From contig JAWODV010000042.1 of NCBI GenBank assembly GCA_046483075.1, positions 70,623 through 134,622 of the forward strand: DNA of 64,000 nt. Direction: 5' to 3'. Positions 47,082 to 56,046 of this stretch are shown here, piece by piece (the first letter of the stretch is position 1; each line of letters starts with the position of its first letter). Source of the DNA: Kosmotogaceae bacterium (lineage in GTDB: Bacteria; Thermotogota; Thermotogae; Petrotogales; Kosmotogaceae). The notes beneath the pieces were generated by a model that made no database searches, was not told the origin of the DNA, and was given only the letters and a program-made list of their open reading frames with translations. The translations under genes and the position numbers were made by a program.

Positions 47082-48095
47082 CTAACGATTAACCATCATT
47101 CTTGGCACTGGTAATTCCAGCATGCTAATAAAACCGGGTTCAGCTTCAACTACATCCCCGATTACATTTGTAGCTACAGCAATTGTTCCTTTTCCTCCAG
47201 GGATTTCCGGTTGAATCGAAAGATTTATCTTAGGTTCACCATCGATAGTGATATAATCTCCGGTTTCTACTGATTCCTTTTCTGGTTGAATTTGCTGGGG
47301 ATGAAGGAGTTCAATCACTGATTCATCATCAATGTAACCTTTACCTATATGCTTACAACCCGCAACCATTCCTGGTTCTACATCTACAACGTGGGTGCTT
47401 CTTTTTGTTTTCGAAATGATGGGCTCACGTGTTTCTTCAATTTTTGTTAATTCCCAACCCAGGGCATCGGCTATCATTCTAATTGATTGCTGAAATCCTA
47501 TATGTCCTACTATTGTACCCTTTTTCAGACCTTCATTAAACTCCTGTGGAGTGGTTCCCACTCCCTGAGTTTCCATAACTGTCCTTCCAAATGGAGCCAG
47601 GTCATTTACTCGTTTTGCAAACACCTTGTTGACCTTCAGACATGCTCCAGAAAGAGCAATTGCCAGGACATCCATTATAAATCCTGGATTTATTCCGGTA
47701 CCGAGTACGGTAACTCCGTTTCTGACCGCTGTATTGTGAATCTTTTCAGAACTTTCGGGATGTGAATAAAAGGGATAGGCCATTTCTTCAGCGATAGTGA
47801 CCACATTAACTCTATGATTCAAAATAAGAAGAACCTTTTCTTCAACTTCTTTCATAAAAGAATTTGTTGCAATTATGACAATATCAGGGTTAGTTTCAAT
47901 TATAGCTTTTTCTTGATCGCTGTAGATTTTGGCACCATATTCTTTCTCATCAAGTACAATCCCTATGTCCTTACCTATAACATTTTTGTTAATTTCAATC
48001 GCGCCTACCAATCTCAGATATTTCTTTGAAAATACATTTCGAGCGATTCCGCTACCCATCGCTCCCAATCCCCAAACCAAAACTCTGTAAGCCAT
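47082..48095 (-). CDS. ord: 2,4-diaminopentanoate dehydrogenase
   Basis: 337 aa with a DapB-like N-terminal Rossmann fold (VLVWGLGAMGSGIARN). It is the first gene of the ord-ortAB-oraSE string. AAAGGAGG lies upstream of the ATG. Confidence 0.8.
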   Translation of the reverse strand: MAYRVLVWGLGAMGSGIARNVFSKKYLRLVGAIEINKNVIGKDIGIVLDEKEYGAKIYSDQEKAIIETNPDIVIIATNSFMKEVEEKVLLILNHRVNVVTIAEEMAYPFYSHPESSEKIHNTAVRNGVTVLGTGINPGFIMDVLAIALSGACLKVNKVFAKRVNDLAPFGRTVMETQGVGTTPQEFNEGLKKGTIVGHIGFQQSIRMIADALGWELTKIEETREPIISKTKRSTHVVDVEPGMVAGCKHIGKGYIDDESVIELLHPQQIQPEKESVETGDYITIDGEPKINLSIQPEIPGGKGTIAVATNVIGDVVEAEPGFISMLELPVPRMMVNR

Positions 48096-48141
48096 TTTTT
48101 ACTGCCTCCTTTACTATAGTTGTTCTATTCAACTTCATATT

Positions 48142-48182
48142 AACAAAATAAAAGACTCCATTCTATCCTGAATAGAGTCTTT
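48142..48182 (-). terminator. Rho-independent terminator downstream of the pilB-like gene
   Basis: The minus-strand RNA has an AAGACUC(U)AUUC ... GAAU(G)GAGUCUU stem of about 12 bp, followed by UUUAUUUU. Confidence 0.6.
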
Positions 48183-48256
48183 CAATCGTTATGTAAAGCA
48201 ATTATTGAAGCCGAAAATACTCGCATTTGAGTATGCTCAATTAAGATTACACAAAA

Positions 48257-49942
48257 TCAGACTTCAAAAGCTACCCTGTTCACTTCTTCAACTGATGTTA
48301 TTCCATGTAATACCTTTTTTATTCCATCTTCGTAAATTGTTAGCATACCCTGTTCTTTAGCATTTTTAGCGATTTCATGATCCGAAGCTCCTTGAGAAAT
48401 AAGTTCCCTAATTTTTGGATCTATAGTCAATGTTTCCAGTATGGCTGTTCGACCACGATATCCAGTACCCCGACATTCACTACATCCAGAACCAGGAACA
48501 AACTCATGGAATTCTTCTTTATCCGGAAATAATTTGGATGCTACTTTAATAATGTCATCTCTCATAGGAATCTTTTTTTTGCAATTGCCACAAAGCTTTC
48601 TTACCAATCTTTGACTAACCACTCCAATAAGAGATGTCCCGAGCAGATATTTGTCCACTCCCATATTAATAAGTCTTGAAACAGCACCTGCAGCACTATT
48701 TGTATGAATGGTTGAAAATACTTTATGACCGGTGAGTGAAGCTTCAATAGCAAGCTGTGCAGTTTCTCTGTCTCTAATTTCACCAACCATAATGATATCC
48801 GGGTCCTGTCTTAAGAATGATCTCAGATAGCGTGCAAAGGTTAATCCGATTTCCGAATTTACCTGACATTGAGTTACCCCTTCAATGGTATATTCAACAG
48901 GATCTTCAGCAGTTATTATATTTACCTTTTCAGATGAAACCTCATTAAGTACACCTACAAGGGTTGTGGACTTACCACTACCTGTTGGTCCAGAAACAAG
49001 TATTATTCCATGGGAAGACCTCAACATATTCCTGAATCGATTCATATTGAATTCACTGAATCCCAGATCATCAAGACTGCTTTTAGAATTAGAAACCTTT
49101 AGAACACGAAGAACAATCTTTTCTCCGTATACTGAAGGCATTGTTGAAACCCTGAAATCATACTGCTCCCCTCTTTGCTTGATATAAAACTTTCCATCCT
49201 GGGGAAGTCTTCTCTCAGATATATCAAGTCCACACATAACTTTTATCCTTGAAACAACAGAATTATGAGCTTTTCTTGGATAGGTTAGCATTCTTCGAAG
49301 CATACCATCTACTCTGAATCTGCCTACCGCTATCTTTTCATAGGGTTCCAGATGAATGTCACTAGCGTTGCTCTTTATTGCATTATCCAGCAAAGAGTTT
49401 ATAAATCTTGTTATAGGAGTTTTTTCTTCATCGCTTTCTTCTGTTTCTTCCTCAGCCTGTTCTATTTCATCAAGATCAAAGCTCTTTTCAATTATTTCAC
49501 TGGTCGGTGATTCCTCATAACTTGATTTGTACAAGGGATCAAAATTTGGTGGTGGTGTCAATTTGACATCAATATCAAATCCGGTTAAAAATGATAGTTC
49601 GCGTTCTATTTGTGGCACCTTTAAAACCTCAGGTGTGAGAACGACCAATCTGCTGTCCTCTATATTTATTGGTACTACAGTAAGTCTTTCCGCAACCGAT
49701 CTTGGTACAAGTCTCAAAACCTCAGGAGGCACAACACCGGGAACATCATCCATAACCTCAAGATCATATTGAGTGGATAATGCACGATAAATATCGTCCC
49801 AGGAAAGCATCCCCATTTCCACAAGAACTTCTCCAAGGGGTTTATTAACCTTTTTTTGAACAACAATTGCTCTCTCCAAAACATCTGGAGTTACTAAACC
49901 CTTTTCTTCAAGGAGTTCTCCCAGTCTCTTGTAAACTCTCAT
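48257..49942 (-). CDS. pilB: GspE/PilB-family secretion/pilus ATPase with an MshEN-type N-terminal domain
   Basis: 561 aa with Walker A GPTGSGKST and a tetracysteine Zn motif (CGNC...CSEC). The N-terminus reads RLGELLEEKGLVTPDVLERAIVVQ-KKVNK-PLGEVLVEMGMLSWDDIYRALSTQ. Confidence 0.88.
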   Translation of the reverse strand: MRVYKRLGELLEEKGLVTPDVLERAIVVQKKVNKPLGEVLVEMGMLSWDDIYRALSTQYDLEVMDDVPGVVPPEVLRLVPRSVAERLTVVPINIEDSRLVVLTPEVLKVPQIERELSFLTGFDIDVKLTPPPNFDPLYKSSYEESPTSEIIEKSFDLDEIEQAEEETEESDEEKTPITRFINSLLDNAIKSNASDIHLEPYEKIAVGRFRVDGMLRRMLTYPRKAHNSVVSRIKVMCGLDISERRLPQDGKFYIKQRGEQYDFRVSTMPSVYGEKIVLRVLKVSNSKSSLDDLGFSEFNMNRFRNMLRSSHGIILVSGPTGSGKSTTLVGVLNEVSSEKVNIITAEDPVEYTIEGVTQCQVNSEIGLTFARYLRSFLRQDPDIIMVGEIRDRETAQLAIEASLTGHKVFSTIHTNSAAGAVSRLINMGVDKYLLGTSLIGVVSQRLVRKLCGNCKKKIPMRDDIIKVASKLFPDKEEFHEFVPGSGCSECRGTGYRGRTAILETLTIDPKIRELISQGASDHEIAKNAKEQGMLTIYEDGIKKVLHGITSVEEVNRVAFEV

Positions 49943-49945
49943 TTA

Positions 49946-50992
49946 TTACATACCTTCCTCCTGAGTGTCCAGTCCAAATCTATATATTGCAGGAATATCA
50001 AGTGTGTCACCAAGCATTTCTTCTTCCATCTCAAATCCAGCAGCTATCAACGTTATATGTAATTCTTCATCGTTCATCTCGGGATCTACGATTAATCCAA
50101 GCTTGACATCAGCCTCTTCGCTACAATTCTGTCGGACCATGGCTGCTGCTATATTCATTTCCTTTAAAGTAATATTCTTGGCAGAAACGTTTAAAATTAT
50201 TCCTGTCGCATTATCTATTGGTTTCTCAAGCAATCTACTCTCCATTGCTGCCCTTGCAGCATCTTCTGCTCTCTTTTCACCTTCGCCAACACCGATTCCC
50301 AGCATTGCTGTTCCAGCATTTCTTAGAACAGACTCAACATCAGCAAAATCAAGGTTAATGTATCCTCTTCTTGTTATCAATTCTGAAATACCTTTTATCC
50401 CGTGATGCAAGGTCTCATCAGCTTTTGCAAAAGCCTCAACAATGGACGTGTCTGGTGGTAGTTCCTGAAGCAATTTGTTGTTAGAAATCCTTATCATTGT
50501 ATCAACGGAAGTTCGCAATTGCTTAAGGCCTTCCCAGGCAACCTTTAATCTTGTATTTCCTTCAAAGAAAAATGGTGTCGTTACTACCGCTACAGTAAGG
50601 ATTCCCATTTCACGGGCAACAGATGCGATTATTGGAGCTGCGCCAGTTCCCGTACCGCCTCCCATGCCAGCGGTTATAAAAAGAAGATCCGTGTCTTCTA
50701 ATTCCTTTGTTATTTCCTCGATACTTTCCTGGGCTGCATGTTCTCCAATTTTCGGGTCACCTCCAGCGCCAAGTCCTCTTGTAAGGTGATCACCAAGCTG
50801 TATTTTTACTTCAGCTTCACTACTGTTAAGAACCTGCACGTCTGTATTGGCTGCAATGAAGGTAACGCCATGTATTCCTTCAGTTATCATTCTGTTAACG
50901 GCATTCCCTCCAGCGCCACCAACACCAATAACTTTTATTAGTGGTAGTCTTGGTTCTGTATTTCCTTTTTCGTAATTTATTTCAAAGCTCAT
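49946..50992 (-). CDS. ftsZ: Cell division protein FtsZ
   Basis: GVGGAGGNAVNRM and the tubulin signature GGGTGTGAAP are present. I place the start at ATG 50992 (MSFEINYEK), 7 nt after GGAGGTG and overlapping the ftsA 3' end. The longer form in the track is unlikely. Confidence 0.95.
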   Translation of the reverse strand: MSFEINYEKGNTEPRLPLIKVIGVGGAGGNAVNRMITEGIHGVTFIAANTDVQVLNSSEAEVKIQLGDHLTRGLGAGGDPKIGEHAAQESIEEITKELEDTDLLFITAGMGGGTGTGAAPIIASVAREMGILTVAVVTTPFFFEGNTRLKVAWEGLKQLRTSVDTMIRISNNKLLQELPPDTSIVEAFAKADETLHHGIKGISELITRRGYINLDFADVESVLRNAGTAMLGIGVGEGEKRAEDAARAAMESRLLEKPIDNATGIILNVSAKNITLKEMNIAAAMVRQNCSEEADVKLGLIVDPEMNDEELHITLIAAGFEMEEEMLGDTLDIPAIYRFGLDTQEEGM

Positions 50993-52277
50993 CCTCAACA
51001 CCTCCGAAGAAGAGAGATCTAATGAAGTCACCAAAGCTTCTTCTCCTCTTTTCCGTCGCAAGTCCTTCAGAAAATCCCATTTGTTTTGACTCCTCATCAA
51101 CTATATTTCCTAAACACGCACTGAAAACTGGATCATTAGAAACGTCTTCACTTTCTTCAATACGCGGGTTAAAACTTGTTTCGTAAGTCCCTACCCTTAC
51201 AGGCATCTTAAGCGATTCAACTCCTGTATCACTGAGTCCTCTAAGTTTCGCTCCTCCTCCAGTAAAAACTATTCCACCAGGGATACCATCTTCAGAATAT
51301 TCGGGATGTTGATTCATAAACATCTGTACTTCTCTTCGAATCTTGTTGAGTAATTCTTTTACCCTGGCAAATACAACGGTGGACAATTTTCTGACTGTAA
51401 CCCTCTTTCTCGTTCTTTCATCTAGACCAAAATATTCAACTGAGCTTTCCGAAGAAGGAGGATTCATCGTAGCATAACCATTTGTAACAAGCAATCTCTC
51501 CGCTTCATCTTGAGAAGTACCCAGAACTACCGCAATGTCCCTAACAATATTCTTAATGCCCAGGGGGATTCTGGAAATGTGCACAGGGAGATTCTCTTTA
51601 TATATGATCAACTCAGAAAATTCATGCCCTAACACCACGCATACCACACCATGCTGTTTTTCTGTGTCTGTTAAAACAGCTTCTGCACTAGAAACAAGTG
51701 ATGGAAGCAATAAAAAATCAGTTGAGCCAAGTAATTCTTCAAAAAGTCTTCTGAAAACCTCAGCACTTCTTCCTTCACTTGAGACGAAAACCATTTCAAC
51801 ATTAAGTTTTTTTGCTTCCATGTCTACAGGGTTAAAAACGACTTTTTCGTCATCAAGTATGTATTTCCTTACATACTTCTTATGAATATTTGTATTTCCC
51901 TGTTTGAGCTTGTCCTGTGAAATCCTTGACATAATGTTATCAATTGTGTTTTGAGTAACAAGAACAGGCTCTTCTGAAGAAATCTCTTCCTCAACATTTT
52001 CTGAAAAAACAGAATACTCTCCATCAGTAAAGCAAATCCTGAATTCAGCTTCGATCTCTTTTCTTCCCAATTGGCCTGTAAGATCGTCAATAAGTTTTTG
52101 TACTGAAGATTTTAAGGCTACAGCATCTTTAACATCGCCATTGTCTATACCAACAGCTTTAACACTGCCATAAGCCTCAAAAAACATCTGTCCTGTGTTA
52201 TCTGTACTAATAACTACACCTTTAACTGTGTTAGTACCCAGGTCAATTGAGACAGAATATTCTTTTCCCCTTGGCAT
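50982..52277 (-). CDS. ftsA: Cell division protein FtsA
   Basis: 431 aa of the actin/ASKHA fold (SIDLGTNTVKGVV, GGIVFTGGGAKLRG), immediately upstream of ftsZ. Confidence 0.9.
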   Translation of the reverse strand: MPRGKEYSVSIDLGTNTVKGVVISTDNTGQMFFEAYGSVKAVGIDNGDVKDAVALKSSVQKLIDDLTGQLGRKEIEAEFRICFTDGEYSVFSENVEEEISSEEPVLVTQNTIDNIMSRISQDKLKQGNTNIHKKYVRKYILDDEKVVFNPVDMEAKKLNVEMVFVSSEGRSAEVFRRLFEELLGSTDFLLLPSLVSSAEAVLTDTEKQHGVVCVVLGHEFSELIIYKENLPVHISRIPLGIKNIVRDIAVVLGTSQDEAERLLVTNGYATMNPPSSESSVEYFGLDERTRKRVTVRKLSTVVFARVKELLNKIRREVQMFMNQHPEYSEDGIPGGIVFTGGGAKLRGLSDTGVESLKMPVRVGTYETSFNPRIEESEDVSNDPVFSACLGNIVDEESKQMGFSEGLATEKRRRSFGDFIRSLFFGGVEDEL

Positions 52278-52284
52278 ATTTATT

Positions 52285-52926
52285 TCACCTCACCCTTAAT
52301 AATTTACCATCACTAAACAACACAAATTCACTACCATCATCAGACTTTTCAATTATCTCATAGAATGAATTGTCTATTAAGTCCAGTGTTTCCCATTCAA
52401 AAATTCTAACGCTTATACCTCTTCTGAATACAATATGTTTACTCTCAATATCGACATAGGATATTTTTACATTATTGTGATTTATTGAATTACTTTTATT
52501 AGCGATATCACGTATCTCCTCAATCATTCCCTCTCTGATACTGTAAACACCATCAATATGAGAAAAATCAAGACCGGTGTAAATTATATTTGTTTTTAGT
52601 TCTTCAATAGTTGCAAAATCTATTATTTCAACTGACTCATTAACCCAATAATAGTTATTTTCGTAATAAAAAATGTATCTGGCGCTTTTAAACATCAAAC
52701 GATTTCCAGGAAGCTTCTCCATACCTGGTGGAACTATTATATCAGCATACCATTTCTTTACAAAGACCCCGGGATAATCAAGCGTATATTCATCACCATT
52801 TTCAGTATATACCAGATAACTATTATTTCGAGTTTCAGTAAAAAATACTTCAACCGTAAAATTTGCCAGTCCAATTATCCACAGACATCCTATTATCAGA
52901 AAAAGTATAAACACTCTTCGTCTCAT
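52285..52926 (-). CDS. Bitopic membrane protein in the FtsQ/DivIB position
   Basis: 213 aa with one N-terminal TM helix (VFILFLIIGCLWIIGL) and a roughly 185-aa external domain. It ends 7 nt before ftsA. I recognise no POTRA motif by eye, so the call rests on position. Confidence 0.4.
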   Translation of the reverse strand: MRRRVFILFLIIGCLWIIGLANFTVEVFFTETRNNSYLVYTENGDEYTLDYPGVFVKKWYADIIVPPGMEKLPGNRLMFKSARYIFYYENNYYWVNESVEIIDFATIEELKTNIIYTGLDFSHIDGVYSIREGMIEEIRDIANKSNSINHNNVKISYVDIESKHIVFRRGISVRIFEWETLDLIDNSFYEIIEKSDDGSEFVLFSDGKLLRVR

Positions 52927-52934
52927 AAATAAGT

Positions 52935-54836
52935 CTACACATCAAGATCAGTAATTGCTAGTGCATGTCTTTTAATAAAATCTCTTCGTTCATCGACTTC
53001 GCTACCCATAAGAATCGTGAATACCCTATCCGCTTCCTCTGCATCTTCCATCTGAATTTGAACAAGTTTTCTTGAGGAAGGATCCATAGTTGTGTCCCAT
53101 AATTGATCGGGATTCATTTCTCCAAGCCCTTTGTATCTAGAGAAAGAATACTTTTTATCACTATTTTCCTTCAGAAATCGCTGTAGTTCATCATCGCTGT
53201 AAAAATAATGACTTTGCTTTCCAATTTCAATTTTATATAGTGGTGCTTGAGCAACATAGATCTTTCTTGATGCAATAAGCGGGGTCATATAACGATAAAA
53301 CAGAGTCAGTAGTAATGTTGTAATATGTGCACCATCTACATCAGCATCAGTCATTATTATAATTTTTCCATATCTCATTTTTGATGCATCGCAGTCTTCA
53401 CCGATTCCAGTACCAATCGCCACTATTATATTGTTAATCGTTTCATTTTTTAGCAATCTATCCATACCAGCTTTTTCTACATTCAGAATTTTTCCACGAA
53501 GAGGCAAAATTGCCTGAAATCCTCTTTCTCTAGCCTGTTTTGCTGAACCACCAGCTGAATCTCCCTCAACTATAAAGAGTTCAGTATTTTCCAAATCTTC
53601 AGAAACACAATCTGCAAGCTTGCCCGGTAGTGTTGTATTCTCTAGCACATTCTTTCTTCTTATCATTTCTCTGGCTTTTTTAGCTGCCAATCGTGCTTTT
53701 GCGGCTTCCAGAGATTTATTTAGTATTAGCTTAACTTCGGTCTTATTCATTTCGATAACCTCAGATAGTTTCTCTCTTACCACTTTTATTACAGCTTCGT
53801 ATGCTTCCTCGTTCCCAAGTTTTGCCTTTGTCTGCCCTTCGAATTGAGGTTCTTTAATTAAAATACTAAGGATCACAGTTAATCCTTCTCTAATATCTTC
53901 TCCATGTAGATTGTCATCTTTCTTTTTCAATATATTAAATTCCTTTGCGTAATCATTGAAAACCCTTGTAAGTACTGTTTTTAAAGCAGTAAGGTGAGTT
54001 CCGCCTTCAATAGTTTTGACATTATTTACAAAGGTCATAACTTTCTCATCGTAGGAGCTGGTAAATTGAAGCGCAAGTTGAACCTTTATTTCATTGTATT
54101 CACCTTCAATGTAGTACGGTTCTTTATTAAGAGCTCGTCTCTTTTTGTTAATTGCTTTTACGTATTCCACAATTCCACCATCAAAGTCAAAGATTCTTTT
54201 TTCTCCTAATCTCTTATCTTCAAATGTTATTTTCACACCCGGATTAAGATAGGCCAATTCTTTAAACTTTGATTCAAGAATATCAAAGTCAAAATCAGTT
54301 GTGCTAAAAACACTTTTATCAGGTCTGAAAGTTGTTTCAGTTCCAGAAAGCTTTGTCTCTCCAACTATTTCAACTGACGTTATAGGTCTGCCCTGCTCGT
54401 AAACCTGTCTGTATATCTTTCTATCACGGTATATTTTAACTTCAAGCCATTCAGAAAGTGCATTTACTACTGAAACTCCAACACCATGCAACCCTCCACT
54501 AATCTTATATGTATCCTTTGAAAACTTTCCTCCAGCATGAAGCGTAGTCATTACAACCTCTAAAGCACTGCTTCCCGTATCAGGATGAATATCAACTGGA
54601 ATTCCTCTACCATTATCGGTTATCCTTACACTTCCATCCTTTTCAATAGTTATAGTAATCAGGTCACATTCTCCAGCAACAACCTCATCAATACTGTTAT
54701 CAAGAACTTCATATACTAAATGATGTAAGCCTGCTTTTCCGGTAGAACCAATATACATTCCTGGTCTTTTCCGGACTGGATCAAGCCCTTTAAGTATCTT
54801 TATACTTTGAGCATCATATATTTTTTTCTCTTCCAC
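52935..54836 (-). CDS. gyrB: DNA gyrase subunit B
   Basis: 633 aa with GHKL ATPase blocks (YEVLDNSIDE, GGLHGVG), TOPRIM EGDSAGGS and PLRGKILNVEKA. Confidence 0.97.
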   Translation of the reverse strand: MEEKKIYDAQSIKILKGLDPVRKRPGMYIGSTGKAGLHHLVYEVLDNSIDEVVAGECDLITITIEKDGSVRITDNGRGIPVDIHPDTGSSALEVVMTTLHAGGKFSKDTYKISGGLHGVGVSVVNALSEWLEVKIYRDRKIYRQVYEQGRPITSVEIVGETKLSGTETTFRPDKSVFSTTDFDFDILESKFKELAYLNPGVKITFEDKRLGEKRIFDFDGGIVEYVKAINKKRRALNKEPYYIEGEYNEIKVQLALQFTSSYDEKVMTFVNNVKTIEGGTHLTALKTVLTRVFNDYAKEFNILKKKDDNLHGEDIREGLTVILSILIKEPQFEGQTKAKLGNEEAYEAVIKVVREKLSEVIEMNKTEVKLILNKSLEAAKARLAAKKAREMIRRKNVLENTTLPGKLADCVSEDLENTELFIVEGDSAGGSAKQARERGFQAILPLRGKILNVEKAGMDRLLKNETINNIIVAIGTGIGEDCDASKMRYGKIIIMTDADVDGAHITTLLLTLFYRYMTPLIASRKIYVAQAPLYKIEIGKQSHYFYSDDELQRFLKENSDKKYSFSRYKGLGEMNPDQLWDTTMDPSSRKLVQIQMEDAEEADRVFTILMGSEVDERRDFIKRHALAITDLDV

Positions 54837-54898
54837 AGGTACACCTCCATGTCCACTGGAATTTCTCTAACTTCATTCACTCAACTTTTCAAAAAAAC

Positions 54899-55198
54899 TC
54901 ATTGACCTGTACGTATCCTGAGATTTTTGACTAATCTGGCTCCAAGTTTTTCATTTATTTTTGAAAGTATCTGCTCTTTTCTCAATAAAAGTTCTGTTTT
55001 CCATACTCCATCATCAGCAACAATAGTTAACAAGCCCTTATCAAAATCTTTGACCTTACAATGTTTTGATACAGATTTTCCAAAAATATTCTCCCACTCC
55101 TTAACCAGGGTGCCTTTTACCTTAAGCGCTTTAAATATATAATTTCTTCTAGAAAGAATATCAAATACTTCTGCCATGGTTTTATAGTTCTTTTTCAT
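54899..55198 (-). CDS. DUF721-family small protein (gyrB-associated)
   Basis: 99 aa, basic, immediately upstream of gyrB as in the dnaN-recF-DUF721-gyrB arrangement of many bacteria. The call rests on size, position and general sequence character. Confidence 0.6.
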   Translation of the reverse strand: MKKNYKTMAEVFDILSRRNYIFKALKVKGTLVKEWENIFGKSVSKHCKVKDFDKGLLTIVADDGVWKTELLLRKEQILSKINEKLGARLVKNLRIRTGQ

Positions 55199-56046
55199 TG
55201 TATACCTTCCCAGTTTTCATCTCTTGTCATTACATAACCCTCAAAATTATCCAATAATATTCTTGTCAGGCCATCGGTGAAATCTTCAATTAGAACCCTG
55301 TCTTCTATTTTTCTTATCGGAACCAGTCCCATACTTGTGTGTGATAAAAATAATTCATCAGCCGTAAACAGTTCCCATGAGTTTACTTCCCTTTCCTCAA
55401 CTGGTATATCCATTGCCCTGGCAAGGCTGAGAATATTTTCTCGCGTTACTCCGGGTAATACACCAGACTCGATACTGGGTGTAATTAACTTCTCATTTTT
55501 AACAATAAAAACGTTCGTATAGGAACCTTCTGTAACATTTCCCTTTTCATTTAATAAAAGCAAATCATAGTTATCTCCCATGTATTTTTTAGTTAACGTT
55601 ATCCAGGGAGAACCATAAACCTTTACCACAGGGGGTATTATATCTCCAGATGGTTTTAAATATGGAGAAAGAGATACCCTTACACCCAATTCATAAATAT
55701 CCCTCAATACACTTGTTTCAAGTTTTTCAAAGAGTAAACACATACTTTCTTTTTTAGAAGGAAATTGAACAATTTTTATTCTAAATTCATCTACATTATT
55801 TTCTGAATTAGATTCTATTCCTTTATTTATAAGCTCAACTAATTTCTCGAAACTCATTGAGGGTTCCATCGAAAAAAAAGCAAGCGTTTTTTTCAACCTC
55901 TCATAATGTTTTTTCAAAGCAAAAGGCAATTTGTTGTATGTTCTCAAAACTTCATAAGCAATTTGTCCCATAGCTGGGGCAACTTCTTTAATATTAATTA
56001 AGCTTTCTTCGTCAGACCTCCACTGATTCGCAACATAATTCAGCAT
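55195..56046 (-). CDS. Class IV (fold-type IV) aminotransferase / aminodeoxychorismate lyase-like protein
   Basis: 283 aa with blocks YEVLRTYNKLPFALKKHYERL, EGSYTNVF and LPGVTRE, typical of BCAT/D-AAT/PabC family proteins. Confidence 0.7.
   Translation of the reverse strand: MLNYVANQWRSDEESLINIKEVAPAMGQIAYEVLRTYNKLPFALKKHYERLKKTLAFFSMEPSMSFEKLVELINKGIESNSENNVDEFRIKIVQFPSKKESMCLLFEKLETSVLRDIYELGVRVSLSPYLKPSGDIIPPVVKVYGSPWITLTKKYMGDNYDLLLLNEKGNVTEGSYTNVFIVKNEKLITPSIESGVLPGVTRENILSLARAMDIPVEEREVNSWELFTADELFLSHTSMGLVPIRKIEDRVLIEDFTDGLTRILLDNFEGYVMTRDENWEGIQ

Noticed and set aside
48096-48256. A transcription attenuator or riboswitch in the leader of the ornithine operon.
   Set aside because: The strong hairpin plus U-tract (48142-48182) is fully explained as the terminator of the upstream pilB-like gene. 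The only -35/-10 pair I could place upstream of it (TTTACA-17-TATTCA) has a poor -10, so the evidence is insufficient.
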